DNA from: Bacteroidales bacterium
GTDB lineage: Bacteria; Bacteroidota; Bacteroidia; Bacteroidales; JAFGHD01
Length of the DNA stretch: 64,000 bases
NCBI GenBank assembly: GCA_016927695.1
Contig: JAFGME010000068.1
Coordinates: 11,580 to 75,579 of the forward strand
Direction: 5' to 3'
Below the pieces are notes generated by a model. It ran no database searches, was not told the origin of the DNA, and saw only the letters and a list, made by a program, of their open reading frames with translations. Made by a program: the position numbers and the translations under genes. Shown here piece by piece: positions 27,922-38,515 of the stretch. The number at the start of each line of letters is the position of its first letter. Positions within the stretch are counted from its first letter, which is position 1.

Positions 27922-30462
27922 TTAAATTGATTCCTGCTCCGGGTTTTCACTGTCATTTTCCTGCGAATCCTCATCCGGTTGTCCTTCCCCGATTACATTC
28001 CCGGGCTCTGGTTCCTCTTCCTGTGAAATTTCAATGTTTGCGACGGAAGCAATGGCATCAGTCTCTCTCAGATGGATCAGCCTTACTCCCTGGGTTGCCC
28101 TTCCCATAACCCTCAGGGTTGAAACTGAAAGCCTGATCAGGATTCCGGATTTGGTTATGATGATCAGGTCGTCAAAATCGGTAACCGATTTAATGGCAAT
28201 CAGTTTCCCGGTTTTCGGAGTGATATTGATGGTTTTCACACCCTTCCCCCCCCGGTTGGTGATCCTGTAATCATCTTTTGCAGAGCGTTTTCCATAACCA
28301 TTTTCTGAAACTACCAGAATGTCATGTTTGCCGTTGGCAAGGCAGATCATGCCGACCACTTCATCATCGGCACCTGCCAGGGTAATTCCTTTCACCCCGG
28401 AGGCATTGCGACCCATTGGTCTGACAGTGCTCTCGTTAAACCGTATGGCCCGTCCTGATTTCAACGCCATCACGATCTCGTTTTGCCCGTTGGTCATCCT
28501 GGCTTCAAGAAGAATGTCGCCTTCCCTGACGGTGATCGCATTGATGCCATTTTGTCTGGGCCTGGAATAGGCTTCCAATGATGTTTTTTTAATAATGCCT
28601 TTCTTGGTGCAAAGGATAATATAATTATGGTTGATATACTCTTCATCGGAGAGATTTTTGACATTGATAAAAGCCCGTATTTTATCCTCTTTATCAATGC
28701 TTAAAATGTTCTGTATGGCTCTGCCTTTGGAAGATTTCGTCCCTTCGGGTATCTCATACACCTTCAACCAGTAACATTTGCCTTTTTCAGTGAAGAAAAG
28801 CATATAATTGTGATTGGAGGCAACATACAGATGCTCCAAAAAGTCTTCATCCCTTATATCGCTTCCCCTGGAACCGGTGCCACCCCTGCCCTGCCTCCGG
28901 TACTCGGCAAGGGGGGTACGTTTGATGTATCCAAGATGGGAAATGGTGATGATTACATCTTCATCGGCAATGGTATCTTCTATGCGGAAATCACTGGCGA
29001 CATATTCGATTTCGGTTCTGGTTTTGTCACCGTATTTCTCTTTTATTTCAATGGTTTCATTCTTGAGTATCTCCATCCTCAGGTGTTCATCTTCAAGGAT
29101 TTTTGTGAGAAATTCAATCTGCTTCATCAGTTCGGCGTATTCCTCCTTTATCTTCTCCCTTTCAAGCCCGGTGAGCCGTTGAAGCCTCATGTCAAGAATA
29201 GCTCTGGCCTGCAATTCTGAAAGGTTAAAGGTTTGAATTAATCCGTCCCTGGCTTCTTCCGGTGTTTGCGAACGGCGGATGAGGGCAATCACTTCATCAA
29301 GATGGTCCAGTGCAATTAAGAGACCTTCAAGAATATGTGCCCTTTTCCGGGCTTCTTCCAGTTCATATTTTGTTTTTCTGATCAGCACTTCATGCCTGTG
29401 CTCCACAAAATGCCGGATCAGGTCCTTCAGGTTCAGCATCATCGGCCTGCCCTTCACCAATGCAATGTTGTTCACATTGAAAGAGTTCTGAAGCTGGGTT
29501 AGCTGGTAAAGTTTGTTGAGGATTACACTGGCTGAAGCATCCCTGCGAAGTTCATAAACAATCCTGAGCCCTGACCTGTCGGATTCATCCCTGATGTCGG
29601 TGATGCCTTCGATCTTTTTTTCATTGACCAGGTCGGCTGTTTTCCTGATCATCTCGGCCTTGTTCACCTGGTAAGGAATCGAAGTAACTATAATTCTCTC
29701 TTTGCCGTTGTCTTCTTCCTCAATAGTTGCCTCCCCGCGGAGGACAATCCTGCCTCTGCCGGTTTCGTACGCATCCCTCACACCGTCATAACCATATATG
29801 AGTCCGCCTGTAGGGAAATCGGGCGCTTTGATGAACTTCATCAGTTCCGGAATAGTGATCTCCGGATTATCAATGTATGCGATGATGCCGTCACATACTT
29901 CGGTAAGATTATGCGGGGGCATATTGGTGGCCATGCCTACGGCAATACCCGACGCCCCGTTGACAAGAAGGTTGGGTACCTTGCCGGGAAGCACGGTGGG
30001 CTCCTTTAAAGTGTCATCGAAGTTCAATTGAAAATCAACCGTGCCTTTGTCAATGTCAGCAAGAAGCTCCTCTGCCACCTTTCGGAGGCGGGCTTCTGTA
30101 TATCGCATGGCTGCGGGGCTGTCGCCGTCAATTGATCCGAAATTGCCCTGGCCGTCTACCAGGGGATAGCGAAGCGACCATTCCTGAGCCATCCTCACCA
30201 TTGCATCATATACGCTTGTATCTCCATGTGGATGGTATTTTCCCAGAACTTCCCCCACAATCCTTGCTGACTTCTTATACGCCCTGTTGGAAAAAACACC
30301 CAACTCCATCATTCCGAACAATACACGCCGGTGCACAGGCTTCAAGCCATCCCTTACATCCGGCAAAGCCCTTGAAACGATCACAGACATCGAATAATCA
30401 ATGTATGCCGACTTCATCTGGCTTTCAATGTTAACCTTTACAATACGCTCGTTTCCTTCCAT
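27922..30462 (-). CDS. gyrA: DNA gyrase subunit A
   Basis: [27 protein letters not shown] and [17 protein letters not shown] are present. [10 protein letters not shown] contains the catalytic Tyr. GyrA-box/beta-pinwheel repeats follow, ending in an acidic C-terminal tail. Confidence 0.95.
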   Translation of the reverse strand: MEGNERIVKVNIESQMKSAYIDYSMSVIVSRALPDVRDGLKPVHRRVLFGMMELGVFSNRAYKKSARIVGEVLGKYHPHGDTSVYDAMVRMAQEWSLRYPLVDGQGNFGSIDGDSPAAMRYTEARLRKVAEELLADIDKGTVDFQLNFDDTLKEPTVLPGKVPNLLVNGASGIAVGMATNMPPHNLTEVCDGIIAYIDNPEITIPELMKFIKAPDFPTGGLIYGYDGVRDAYETGRGRIVLRGEATIEEEDNGKERIIVTSIPYQVNKAEMIRKTADLVNEKKIEGITDIRDESDRSGLRIVYELRRDASASVILNKLYQLTQLQNSFNVNNIALVKGRPMMLNLKDLIRHFVEHRHEVLIRKTKYELEEARKRAHILEGLLIALDHLDEVIALIRRSQTPEEARDGLIQTFNLSELQARAILDMRLQRLTGLEREKIKEEYAELMKQIEFLTKILEDEHLRMEILKNETIEIKEKYGDKTRTEIEYVASDFRIEDTIADEDVIITISHLGYIKRTPLAEYRRQGRGGTGSRGSDIRDEDFLEHLYVASNHNYMLFFTEKGKCYWLKVYEIPEGTKSSKGRAIQNILSIDKEDKIRAFINVKNLSDEEYINHNYIILCTKKGIIKKTSLEAYSRPRQNGINAITVREGDILLEARMTNGQNEIVMALKSGRAIRFNESTVRPMGRNASGVKGITLAGADDEVVGMICLANGKHDILVVSENGYGKRSAKDDYRITNRGGKGVKTINITPKTGKLIAIKSVTDFDDLIIITKSGILIRLSVSTLRVMGRATQGVRLIHLRETDAIASVANIEISQEEEPEPGNVIGEGQPDEDSQENDSENPEQESI

Positions 30463-30676
30463 TTACAAACTGTTATACTAGTTTTTGAGATAGAAAAACC
30501 TTTTCGGTAATTTTCTACGAATTTAGCTCTTTTTATTCTAACTGTGACCATTTTAAACCCTTATTATTACTAACATTTAACTGTTGATAAAAACAATCCT
30601 GATAGATAATGAACTGCAATTTTGTCGTTAGTTTTGGTAACAGCATGATTTTTGTACTTTATTGCCGGCTTTTTGA

Positions 30677-30684
30677 TATATTTG
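30677..30684 (+). promoter_or_regulatory. Candidate -7 promoter box (TAnnTTTG) for clpC
   Basis: TATATTTG lies 70 nt upstream of the ATG at 30754, in the 291-nt divergent gyrA/clpC intergenic region. Confidence 0.35.
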
Positions 30685-30753
30685 TATGAAAATGGCCACG
30701 GAAATAAACAAAAAGGATTTTCGTTTGTAGTATATCTGGATTAGGTTATTAAT

Positions 30754-33297
30754 ATGGAAGCTAAATTTTCACAAAGGGTTAAAGACGTTCTTACCTTCAG
30801 CCGGGAAGAGGCCATAAGGCTGGGCAACGATTACATCGGCCTTGAGCACCTGTTTCTCGGAATCGTCAGGGAAGGCGAAGGTATGGCGGTTCAGATATTG
30901 TCCTATTTCGGTCTCGATTTTTCGGAGATCAGAAGGATCATAGAAAAATCTATCTCAGCCAACAAAAAAGTCTCCACCTCCGAAAATATCCCTTTAATCA
31001 AACAGGCAGAAAGAGCGCTCAAGATAACATACCTCGAAGCTAAATTATTTAACAGCGAGCTGATCGGCACAGAACACCTTCTCCTTGCCATATTGAAAGA
31101 TGAAAACAACATTGTTACAAAGACATTAGGCAATTACAGCATTGATTACGATATGGTAAGAGATGAGCTTAAGGCAATTATTTCCGGCAATGATCAGCCG
31201 GTAAGATTCAATCCCTCGGATGAACTTCATGGAGGCACGGCAGATGATGAACCGGAAGAAGCGGGCCGGGATTATGGCGGGAACATCAAGAAAGTTTCTG
31301 ATTCAAAATCCAAAACCCCGGTGCTTGACAATTTTGGCAGAGACCTTACTCGGGCTGCCGAAGACGGTAGACTTGATCCCATCGTGGGTCGTGAAAAAGA
31401 ACTTCAGAGGATTGCACAGATACTCAGCAGAAGAAAAAAGAACAACCCCATCCTTATCGGTGAGCCCGGAGTGGGAAAATCGGCCATTGCCGAGGGCCTT
31501 GCCCTCAGGATAATACAGAAAAAAGTATCCAGGGCCCTGTTCAATAAAAGGATCGTTACCTTAGATCTGGCTTCGCTGGTTGCCGGCACCAAGTACAGGG
31601 GGCAGTTCGAGGAAAGGATGAAAGCGGTTCTGAATGAAATCGAAAAAAATCCGGATATCATTCTGTTCATTGATGAAATCCATACCATTGTAGGCGCAGG
31701 AAACGCATCGGGATCACTGGATGCTTCCAACATGTTCAAACCGGCTCTTGCACGCGGCGAACTTCAGTGCATTGGCGCTACAACCCTGGATGAATACCGG
31801 CAGTACATCGAAAAAGACGGCGCCCTGGAAAGAAGATTCCAGAAAGTTCTGGTTGACCCTACAACCCCGGAAGAAACACTCGAAATACTGCACAATATCA
31901 AAGAAAAATACGAAGATCACCACCTTGTGAATTATACCGACGAGGCCATTGAGGCTTGTGTAAGCCTCACCAACCGTTATATAACCGACCGTTATCTGCC
32001 CGACAAAGCCATAGATGCGCTGGACGAAGCAGGATCAAGGGTGCATATCACCAATATTTACGTACCCGTTGAAATCATTGACCTGGAAAACCGCATCGAA
32101 GAAGTGAAATCAAAAAAAACCCTGGCCATCAACAATCAGAAATTTGAAGAAGCGGCCAAATTCCGTGACATTGAAAGAAAATTACAGGAGGAGTTGGAGA
32201 AGGAAAAGAAAAAATGGGATGAAGAGGCAAAAATCAACCGTGAAACGGTAAACGGGGAGAATGTGGCAGAGGTGATCGCCATGATGACCGGGGTCCCGGT
32301 ACAAAGGATTGCACAAACTGAAAGCGACCGCCTGGTGAACATGGAGGCTGAACTTGGAAACTCTGTTGTTGGCCAGAATGAAGCGCTCAGGAAAGTGGTA
32401 AAAGCCATACGCCGTAACCGGGCCGGGCTTAAAGACCCCGGTAAACCCATAGGTACTTTCATTTTTTTAGGCCCAACCGGGGTAGGAAAAACGCATCTTG
32501 CCAAGGTGTTGGCGAAATACCTGTTTGACACCGAAGATGCCCTCGTAAGGGTGGATATGAGCGAATATATGGAAAAATTCGCAGTATCAAGACTGGTTGG
32601 AGCTCCTCCGGGATATGTCGGATATGAAGAGGGAGGACAACTCACTGAAAAAGTCAGAAGAAAGCCATACTCCATTGTGCTTCTGGATGAAATAGAAAAA
32701 GCCCATCCCGATGTTTTCCACCTGCTCCTCCAGGTGCTTGACGACGGTATACTCACCGACAGTTTTGGCAGACGCGTGGACTTTAAAAATACCATTGTGA
32801 TCATGACATCCAACATCGGTTCAAGGCAGCTCAAGGATTTTGGACAGGGTGTGGGATTCAGCACATCATCGAAAAAAGGCGACAAATCTACTTACACAAG
32901 AAGTGTCATTGAAAATGCACTTAAAAAAGCATTTGCCCCCGAATTTCTTAACCGGATCGACGATGTTGTGATTTTTGAATCCCTCGAAAGAGATTCAATC
33001 CATAAAATCATCGACATTGAATTGATGACTCTTATCGACAGGGTGAAAAAGCTGGGTTACCATATCGAGGTAACTGAAAAAGCCAAAGATTTCCTTCTGG
33101 ACAAGGGATGGGACGAGCAATATGGCGCCAGGCCGCTAAAAAGGGCAATCCAGAAATACATTGAAGATTCACTTGCCGAAGAGATCATCAGGTCAAAAAT
33201 CCCTGAGGGTTCTGTAATTTTAGTCGATCACACCGACAAGGAAGAAGAACTGAAAATCACAACAGATATCAGGAAAATTCCTGAAAAAGCGCAGTAA
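30754..33297 (+). CDS. clpC: ATP-dependent Clp protease ATP-binding subunit, ClpC-type (two AAA+ modules)
   Basis: Clp N-terminal repeats are present (LGNDYIGLEHLFLGI, LIGTEHLLLAI). Walker A motifs are GEPGVGKS and GPTGVGKT. A UVR-like linker (NQKFEEAAKFRDIERKL) and the sensor region RPLKRAIQ are also present. Confidence 0.9.
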   Translation: MEAKFSQRVKDVLTFSREEAIRLGNDYIGLEHLFLGIVREGEGMAVQILSYFGLDFSEIRRIIEKSISANKKVSTSENIPLIKQAERALKITYLEAKLFNSELIGTEHLLLAILKDENNIVTKTLGNYSIDYDMVRDELKAIISGNDQPVRFNPSDELHGGTADDEPEEAGRDYGGNIKKVSDSKSKTPVLDNFGRDLTRAAEDGRLDPIVGREKELQRIAQILSRRKKNNPILIGEPGVGKSAIAEGLALRIIQKKVSRALFNKRIVTLDLASLVAGTKYRGQFEERMKAVLNEIEKNPDIILFIDEIHTIVGAGNASGSLDASNMFKPALARGELQCIGATTLDEYRQYIEKDGALERRFQKVLVDPTTPEETLEILHNIKEKYEDHHLVNYTDEAIEACVSLTNRYITDRYLPDKAIDALDEAGSRVHITNIYVPVEIIDLENRIEEVKSKKTLAINNQKFEEAAKFRDIERKLQEELEKEKKKWDEEAKINRETVNGENVAEVIAMMTGVPVQRIAQTESDRLVNMEAELGNSVVGQNEALRKVVKAIRRNRAGLKDPGKPIGTFIFLGPTGVGKTHLAKVLAKYLFDTEDALVRVDMSEYMEKFAVSRLVGAPPGYVGYEEGGQLTEKVRRKPYSIVLLDEIEKAHPDVFHLLLQVLDDGILTDSFGRRVDFKNTIVIMTSNIGSRQLKDFGQGVGFSTSSKKGDKSTYTRSVIENALKKAFAPEFLNRIDDVVIFESLERDSIHKIIDIELMTLIDRVKKLGYHIEVTEKAKDFLLDKGWDEQYGARPLKRAIQKYIEDSLAEEIIRSKIPEGSVILVDHTDKEEELKITTDIRKIPEKAQ

Positions 33298-33331
33298 TTC
33301 AGTGAAGCTCATTTACCCCGGCACAAATAGT

Positions 33332-33985
33332 TTAATATTTTAACACCGATTCGATAAAGGAGTTGTTCTTTTCGAGGTATTTGATCATGAGGGAAAAGCC
33401 GTCATCGCCGAAATAAATGCTGCAATTATCGTATTCAACATATAATGTACCTGCAGAATGACTATCCGGCAGACCCAATGACCTTCTGAATTCAGATGAA
33501 ATCTTTATGATGTCCTGCTTACGGACATTCCTGTAGAGAAGGTCCACTTTAAACAGCCGGTTTGCCATAAAATAGTAACGCAAAAGGGCTTCTTCGCCAA
33601 AATGTGATCCTGATTTACCTGCTATATTTACCTCCTGTTTGTCTAAAAAAACAATGTTATAACAATCCGGCTCTTCACCGGCATTCAGGAATTCCTTAAA
33701 GGTAAGGCCGAACCTCATTCCCGGTGGGTTTATTTCTCCGTCCAAAGTATGGCTTTCTGCACCGGCTTTTCTGTCACGGAACAGGCAAAGGTGCTGAAAA
33801 AGCTCAGTCTTGAGACAATAAGGATAAGGATTGGTTTTTGTGAGTGACTTAAAGCGTGAAATAAACTTGTTGCTGTACTTCCCATGAACCCTTCGTGAAT
33901 AAAACAACATCAGCCTGATCCTGAAAATAATTATCAGCAGTATAAAAACAGCAACAACAATCGCCGGTATCAGCAATCTTTCCAC
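33332..33985 (-). CDS. Hypothetical membrane-anchored protein
   Basis: The 217 aa ORF has a single N-terminal TM (LLIPAIVVAVFILLIIIF). I recognise no family. Confidence 0.45.
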   Translation of the reverse strand: MERLLIPAIVVAVFILLIIIFRIRLMLFYSRRVHGKYSNKFISRFKSLTKTNPYPYCLKTELFQHLCLFRDRKAGAESHTLDGEINPPGMRFGLTFKEFLNAGEEPDCYNIVFLDKQEVNIAGKSGSHFGEEALLRYYFMANRLFKVDLLYRNVRKQDIIKISSEFRRSLGLPDSHSAGTLYVEYDNCSIYFGDDGFSLMIKYLEKNNSFIESVLKY

Positions 33986-34069
33986 AATCTTTATTGTTTT
34001 GTTAAACTACAGGATTGCAAAGGTAGGGTATATTAATGACCTTTCGGCAATGCGCCGCTTCATTTTTTG

Positions 34070-34077
34070 CTATTTTT
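34070..34077 (+). promoter_or_regulatory. Candidate -7 promoter box (TAnnTTTG) for the long acyl-CoA dehydrogenase
   Basis: TATTTTTG ends 25 nt upstream of the ATG at 34102. Confidence 0.4.
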
Positions 34078-34101
34078 GCCGGTGAATAAAAACTATATGT
34101 C

Positions 34102-35880
34102 ATGGCACAAAAAGAGCTGATAAAAGGAGGAGAATTCCTGATCAGGGAAACTGTTTCGCAGGATGTGTATGTTCCCGAAGAAATCACAGAAGAGCAAAAA
34201 ATGATCATAGATACCTGCAAGGGTTTTTTGGATACTGAGATTTTTCCCCTTCTCGACAGGATCGACAGCCAGGAAGAAGGCCTCATGCGCCATTTGCTTG
34301 AAAAAGTGGGTGAACTGGGACTTCTCGGAATCTCAGTTCCTGAAGAGTACGGTGGGTTTGACCAGTCGTTTCTCACCTCAATGCTTGCCAGTGAGCACAT
34401 GGGTTCGGGATATTCATTTTCTGTGGCCTATTCGGCACACACGGGCATCGGAACCCTGCCGATTGTATATTACGGCAATGATGACCAGAAATCCAGATAT
34501 CTTCCGAAACTTGCAACCGGGGAGTGGGCGGCGGCCTATTGTTTAACGGAACCCAATGCAGGTTCCGATGCCAACGCCGGCAAAACAAGGGCTGTGCTGA
34601 GCGGTGACGGAAAGCATTACATCCTCAACGGGCAGAAAATGTGGATCACCAACGGGGGTTTTGCCGATGTTCAGACGGTTTTTGCCAAGATCGACAATGA
34701 CCGGGTACACAGCGCCTTCATTGTGGAAAGGGCCTGGGATGGCGTTGTCATCAACCCGGAGGAAAGAAAGATGGGCATCAAAGGATCTTCCACGGTTCAG
34801 ATTTTTTATAATGATGTTAAAGTTCCGGTGGAGAACCTTCTTGGAAAGCGTGGAGAAGGTTTCAGAATAGCACTGAATATACTTCACATGGGAAGGATCA
34901 AATTAGGAGGAACTGTGCTGGGCGCCGCCAAAAGGGCCATATCCCAATCGGTACAGTATGCGAATGAAAGAAAACAATTTGGCCGGACCATTTCCTCCTT
35001 CGGCGCCATCAGATACAAACTGGCAGAACAGGTGATCAGAACCGTGGTAACTGAATCTGCCGTTTACAGAGTTTCCAGGAATATTGACCAGATGATAGAA
35101 CATTTAATGGAAACCGGCATTCCGAAACACAAAGCCTCCATTGAGGGAATTGCCGCCTATGCCATTGAAGCAGCAGCCATGAAGGTGTTCGGTTCGGAAG
35201 CGCTGAATTATGTGGTGGATGAAGCAGTGCAGATCTTCGGAGGAATGGGTTTTTCATCCGAAACAGATATAGACAGGGCTTACAGGGACTCCCGCATCAA
35301 CAGGATTTTTGAAGGCACCAATGAAATAAACAGGCTGCTTGTTGTGGATACAACCATCAAGAAAGCACTGAAAACAGGATTTGATGTGGTACGATATGCA
35401 CAATCCATCATAAAAAAACTTGATGATGATGTGAACATTCCCGAAGGGGATTACTATGCTGAAAAATCCTGTTATGTAAACAACTACAAAAAAATTGCCC
35501 TCATGCTCATGGGGGTTCTTTCAGAAAAGTTTCAGCGTGATTTTCTGTCGGAACAGGAAATTCTGTTCAACATATCAGATGTCATTATGTATGTTTACGG
35601 CGCTGAATCCACCATGCTGCGGGTAAAAAAACTGGAAGAAAACAAGCTTAAACCCGATATTGCCGTATACCGGGATATTCTGGATGTGTACATTTATGAT
35701 ACCGCATGCAACATTAACAAGTGTGCCACAGACGCTGTAAATTCATTCATTGCAGGTGAAGACAGGGACATCATGCATCAGAGAATCGCTTTCCTTTCAT
35801 CTGTCAGGCCTGTTAATGTAAAGGATGCGCGAAGGAGAATCGCTGATAAGCTGATCAGCGACAACCGCTACACTTTCTAA
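34102..35880 (+). CDS. Acyl-CoA dehydrogenase, long (about 590 aa) form
   Basis: ACAD motifs are AAYCLTEPNAGSDA, QKMWITNGGFAD and QIFGGMGFSSE..RAYRDSRINRIFEGTNEI. A C-terminal extension of about 180 aa follows. Confidence 0.85.
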   Translation: MAQKELIKGGEFLIRETVSQDVYVPEEITEEQKMIIDTCKGFLDTEIFPLLDRIDSQEEGLMRHLLEKVGELGLLGISVPEEYGGFDQSFLTSMLASEHMGSGYSFSVAYSAHTGIGTLPIVYYGNDDQKSRYLPKLATGEWAAAYCLTEPNAGSDANAGKTRAVLSGDGKHYILNGQKMWITNGGFADVQTVFAKIDNDRVHSAFIVERAWDGVVINPEERKMGIKGSSTVQIFYNDVKVPVENLLGKRGEGFRIALNILHMGRIKLGGTVLGAAKRAISQSVQYANERKQFGRTISSFGAIRYKLAEQVIRTVVTESAVYRVSRNIDQMIEHLMETGIPKHKASIEGIAAYAIEAAAMKVFGSEALNYVVDEAVQIFGGMGFSSETDIDRAYRDSRINRIFEGTNEINRLLVVDTTIKKALKTGFDVVRYAQSIIKKLDDDVNIPEGDYYAEKSCYVNNYKKIALMLMGVLSEKFQRDFLSEQEILFNISDVIMYVYGAESTMLRVKKLEENKLKPDIAVYRDILDVYIYDTACNINKCATDAVNSFIAGEDRDIMHQRIAFLSSVRPVNVKDARRRIADKLISDNRYTF

Positions 35881-35889
35881 AACCCGCGT

Positions 35890-37035
35890 TTATTCTTTCA
35901 TGATGCCTTTTGAGATCACCACCCGCTGGATTTGGTTTGTACCTTCATAAATCTGGCAGAGTTTGGCATCACGCATCATTTTCTCCACGTGGAATTCACG
36001 CGAATATCCATCGCCTCCCATTGCTTGTACTGCATCGGTTGTCACCTTCATAGCAACATCGGAAGCATAAAGTTTCGACATGGCAGAAAGCTTTGACAGA
36101 TTTCGTTTTCCGTTATCATAAGCCCATGCTGCGTACCATGTCAGTAGTCTGGCAGCTTCCAGTTCAGTAGCCATATCTGCAAGCATAAAGGCCACAGCCT
36201 GATTGGCGGCAATGGGTTTACCAAACTGTATCCTGTTTTGTGTCCAGTCTTTTGCTATTTCAAAGGCAGCCCTTGCGCAACCTACACTGAGTGCGGCAAC
36301 ACCGGTCCGTGTACGGTCAAAAGTCTTCATCGCGATAAGGAATCCATGCCCCTCCATTCCCAGTCTGTTTCCTTCAGGTACTTCCACATCCTTAAAAATA
36401 ATCTCATTCTGAACCGATGCCTTCTGTCCCATTTTCTGAAGCCTTGGTTTCACATCCACTCCGGGTGAATTGGCAGGCACAACAAAGGCGGTAAGACTGC
36501 GCGATCCTTTTTCGGGATCCGTCTGGGCAAATACTGTCATAAAGGATGCCACTTCCCCATTGGTAATAAAACGTTTGTGGCCATTCAGAATGTATTTGTC
36601 GCCATGTTTAATGGCTGTTGACCTGATTCCCTGCACATCCGAACCGGCATTGGGCTCGGTGAGGCAATAAGCGGCAACCCCACGCTCATCAATGATCTGC
36701 CCGAAAAACCTGTTTTGCTGCTCTTCATTGGCAGCCAGCAACAAGGGAGTAAGGGCAAGGGTGTTGGCATCAATACCTATACCTATACCTATACAACCTG
36801 CACCTAACTCTTCAGAGGCAAGCGCTCCCTCAAAAATGTTATATCCGTTGCCTCCGAATTTTTTTGGCATCGGGCCGTTCATTATCCCTTCGCTGTAAGC
36901 TGCCTTTACCACTTCCCATGGAAATTCTGCAAGCTCATCATATTTCAGCCTGTTAGGCACTATCCATCTCTTAGTGAAATCCCTGTACTTTTCCCTTATT
37001 TCCTGCTGTGCAGGTGACAATTCAAAACTTATCAT
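35890..37035 (-). CDS. Acyl-CoA dehydrogenase (short/medium-chain, butyryl-CoA dehydrogenase-like)
   Basis: The 381 aa protein contains AAYCLTEPNAGSDV, KRFITNG, QAMGGDGYSREFHVEKMMRDAKLCQIYEGTNQIQR. Confidence 0.9.
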   Translation of the reverse strand: MISFELSPAQQEIREKYRDFTKRWIVPNRLKYDELAEFPWEVVKAAYSEGIMNGPMPKKFGGNGYNIFEGALASEELGAGCIGIGIGIDANTLALTPLLLAANEEQQNRFFGQIIDERGVAAYCLTEPNAGSDVQGIRSTAIKHGDKYILNGHKRFITNGEVASFMTVFAQTDPEKGSRSLTAFVVPANSPGVDVKPRLQKMGQKASVQNEIIFKDVEVPEGNRLGMEGHGFLIAMKTFDRTRTGVAALSVGCARAAFEIAKDWTQNRIQFGKPIAANQAVAFMLADMATELEAARLLTWYAAWAYDNGKRNLSKLSAMSKLYASDVAMKVTTDAVQAMGGDGYSREFHVEKMMRDAKLCQIYEGTNQIQRVVISKGIMKE

Positions 37036-37117
37036 TGCTTTCCTGTTAAATTAATGATTAACAACACCAAATTCAATAGCGGGCAAATATAACAATTATG
37101 GCAAATATTCTATGAGG

Positions 37118-37462
37118 TCATTTGCTTTTTGATTTTTTTGATTTGCGCAAAAAAAACAAGGCCACCACAAAGTAGGTAACCGCAATGGCGAGCCATACAA
37201 TGTGAGTAAATTTTGATTTTCCGTTAAAATAATAATCATAGCTCACAATGAGGGCAACAATGGCATTGATGAGATACACGGCAAAGAAAAAACGATTGAG
37301 CTTTTGGTTCAGAAGCAGCATTGACAAAACATTGATGGCAACCACAGCAATAAGGATAGTTCCCATAATGTTGCTGCCTCCGAGATAATATATGATCGCA
37401 CCAAAAATAAAAATGATGGTGTTGATATAAACAGAATATCGTTTGATTTCAGTCTGACTCAT
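37118..37462 (-). CDS. Small integral membrane protein (about 4 TM)
   Basis: The 114 aa ORF has four hydrophobic segments and a basic C-terminus (RKSKKSKSK). It is the last gene of a tightly spaced four-gene minus-strand operon. Confidence 0.5.
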   Translation of the reverse strand: MSQTEIKRYSVYINTIIFIFGAIIYYLGGSNIMGTILIAVVAINVLSMLLLNQKLNRFFFAVYLINAIVALIVSYDYYFNGKSKFTHIVWLAIAVTYFVVALFFLRKSKKSKSK

Positions 37463-37470
37463 TTCGCTTT

Positions 37471-38472
37471 TTATTTAACAGGATAATAGATTTCAGTAAC
37501 CCATTTTGCCGGGTCAGGCTCTGTGTTTGGGCCAACAACATAAACTTCCCAGGGCGCTCCCGCCATCTTGTAGCTTTTTTCTTTGAGATAATTATCCAGT
37601 GCATACCAGGTTTGGTCTGAAGTTTCGTAGGTTCCGTAATGGATTGCCATCACTGCCTTACCTCCGTATGTTCTGATCATTTTTGCCTCGCCTGTGAGTT
37701 TACCCGCCTTTTTTACCGGTATTCCGCACTCCATAATGCTTTCACCCTCCGGATTCCACTCATGCCATAATGAGAAAGCCGAGCCGGCCATCTCCATTTT
37801 ATACTTTTCAATTGTTTCGGTGATTTTTCCAAACAGTTCATCCATTTTTTGCGGCATGTTTTCCATGGTCACAGTGGATTTAATGCTCAGGGCCAATTGG
37901 GGGACAAGCATTTTTTCCTCTACCGGGCCGGTTTTCCACACCGGTTCAGGCTTCATGTCTTTGGTGTATTCATTTAATGCAATGAGCCCTTTTTTATAGA
38001 ACTTTTCTATCTGAGGTTTCATGAAGAGGTTGCCTATCCATCTCCAAACAGGATAACCCAAATCAGTTTCATAAGTCCATGTGACTTTGGTGCCTTCTTC
38101 TGTTTTATCAAAATACCATAAACTGAGAACAGGATCCATTCCTTCAAAAACCAACTCTGCTTTAATCATCTCATTTTCCTTTATTTCAACAATGGTTTGC
38201 TTACCGTTTCCCATCTTTTCATGTGACCATGAATATACTGCCCCCTGTCCACATTCGGGACCGCTGTATGACTGAACCATAAGGGAGTCGAGCCATGGAT
38301 TCCAGGGATCCCAGTTTTTAAAGCAATTCACCTGTTTAAAAATCACCTCTGGTCCGGCTTTCATAACCAGGGATTGTTCCACTTTGACATGTTTGGGCAT
38401 AAATAAAGCCCCGATGAGAATAATGGCTGCAATAACCACAATGATTCCAATGATAATTTTTAATGCTTTCAT
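37471..38472 (-). CDS. Membrane-anchored SRPBCC (START/polyketide-cyclase-like) + GyrI-like effector-binding domain protein
   Basis: An N-terminal TM (IIIGIIVVIAAIILIGALF) is followed by an SRPBCC-like segment (VMKAGPEVIFKQVNCFKNWDPWNPW...WYFDKTEEGTKVTWTYE). The C-terminal half ends in the GyrI-like pattern (AIHYGTYETS...PWEVYVVGPNTEPDPAKWVTEIYYPV). Confidence 0.55.
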   Translation of the reverse strand: MKALKIIIGIIVVIAAIILIGALFMPKHVKVEQSLVMKAGPEVIFKQVNCFKNWDPWNPWLDSLMVQSYSGPECGQGAVYSWSHEKMGNGKQTIVEIKENEMIKAELVFEGMDPVLSLWYFDKTEEGTKVTWTYETDLGYPVWRWIGNLFMKPQIEKFYKKGLIALNEYTKDMKPEPVWKTGPVEEKMLVPQLALSIKSTVTMENMPQKMDELFGKITETIEKYKMEMAGSAFSLWHEWNPEGESIMECGIPVKKAGKLTGEAKMIRTYGGKAVMAIHYGTYETSDQTWYALDNYLKEKSYKMAGAPWEVYVVGPNTEPDPAKWVTEIYYPVK

Positions 38473-38515
38473 AACGGTTGATTATTAAAATTGTAAAACT
38501 TCCGGGCAATGTTTT

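Noticed and set aside
28246-28256. Homopolymeric C8 run (G8 on the coding strand) in gyrA
   Set aside because: It encodes RGGKG in frame within an essential gene. There is no evidence of a frameshift or a contingency locus.
32136-32885. 249-aa ORF antisense to clpC
   Set aside because: It is fully embedded in the second AAA+ module of clpC, which has unambiguous Walker motifs. The antisense product is S/T/F/P-rich nonsense.
36774-36791. Hexanucleotide tandem repeat (TACCTA x3)
   Set aside because: It lies inside the short ACAD gene and encodes an in-frame Gly-Ile repeat (GIGIGI). It is too short to call a repeat element or a phase-variation site.
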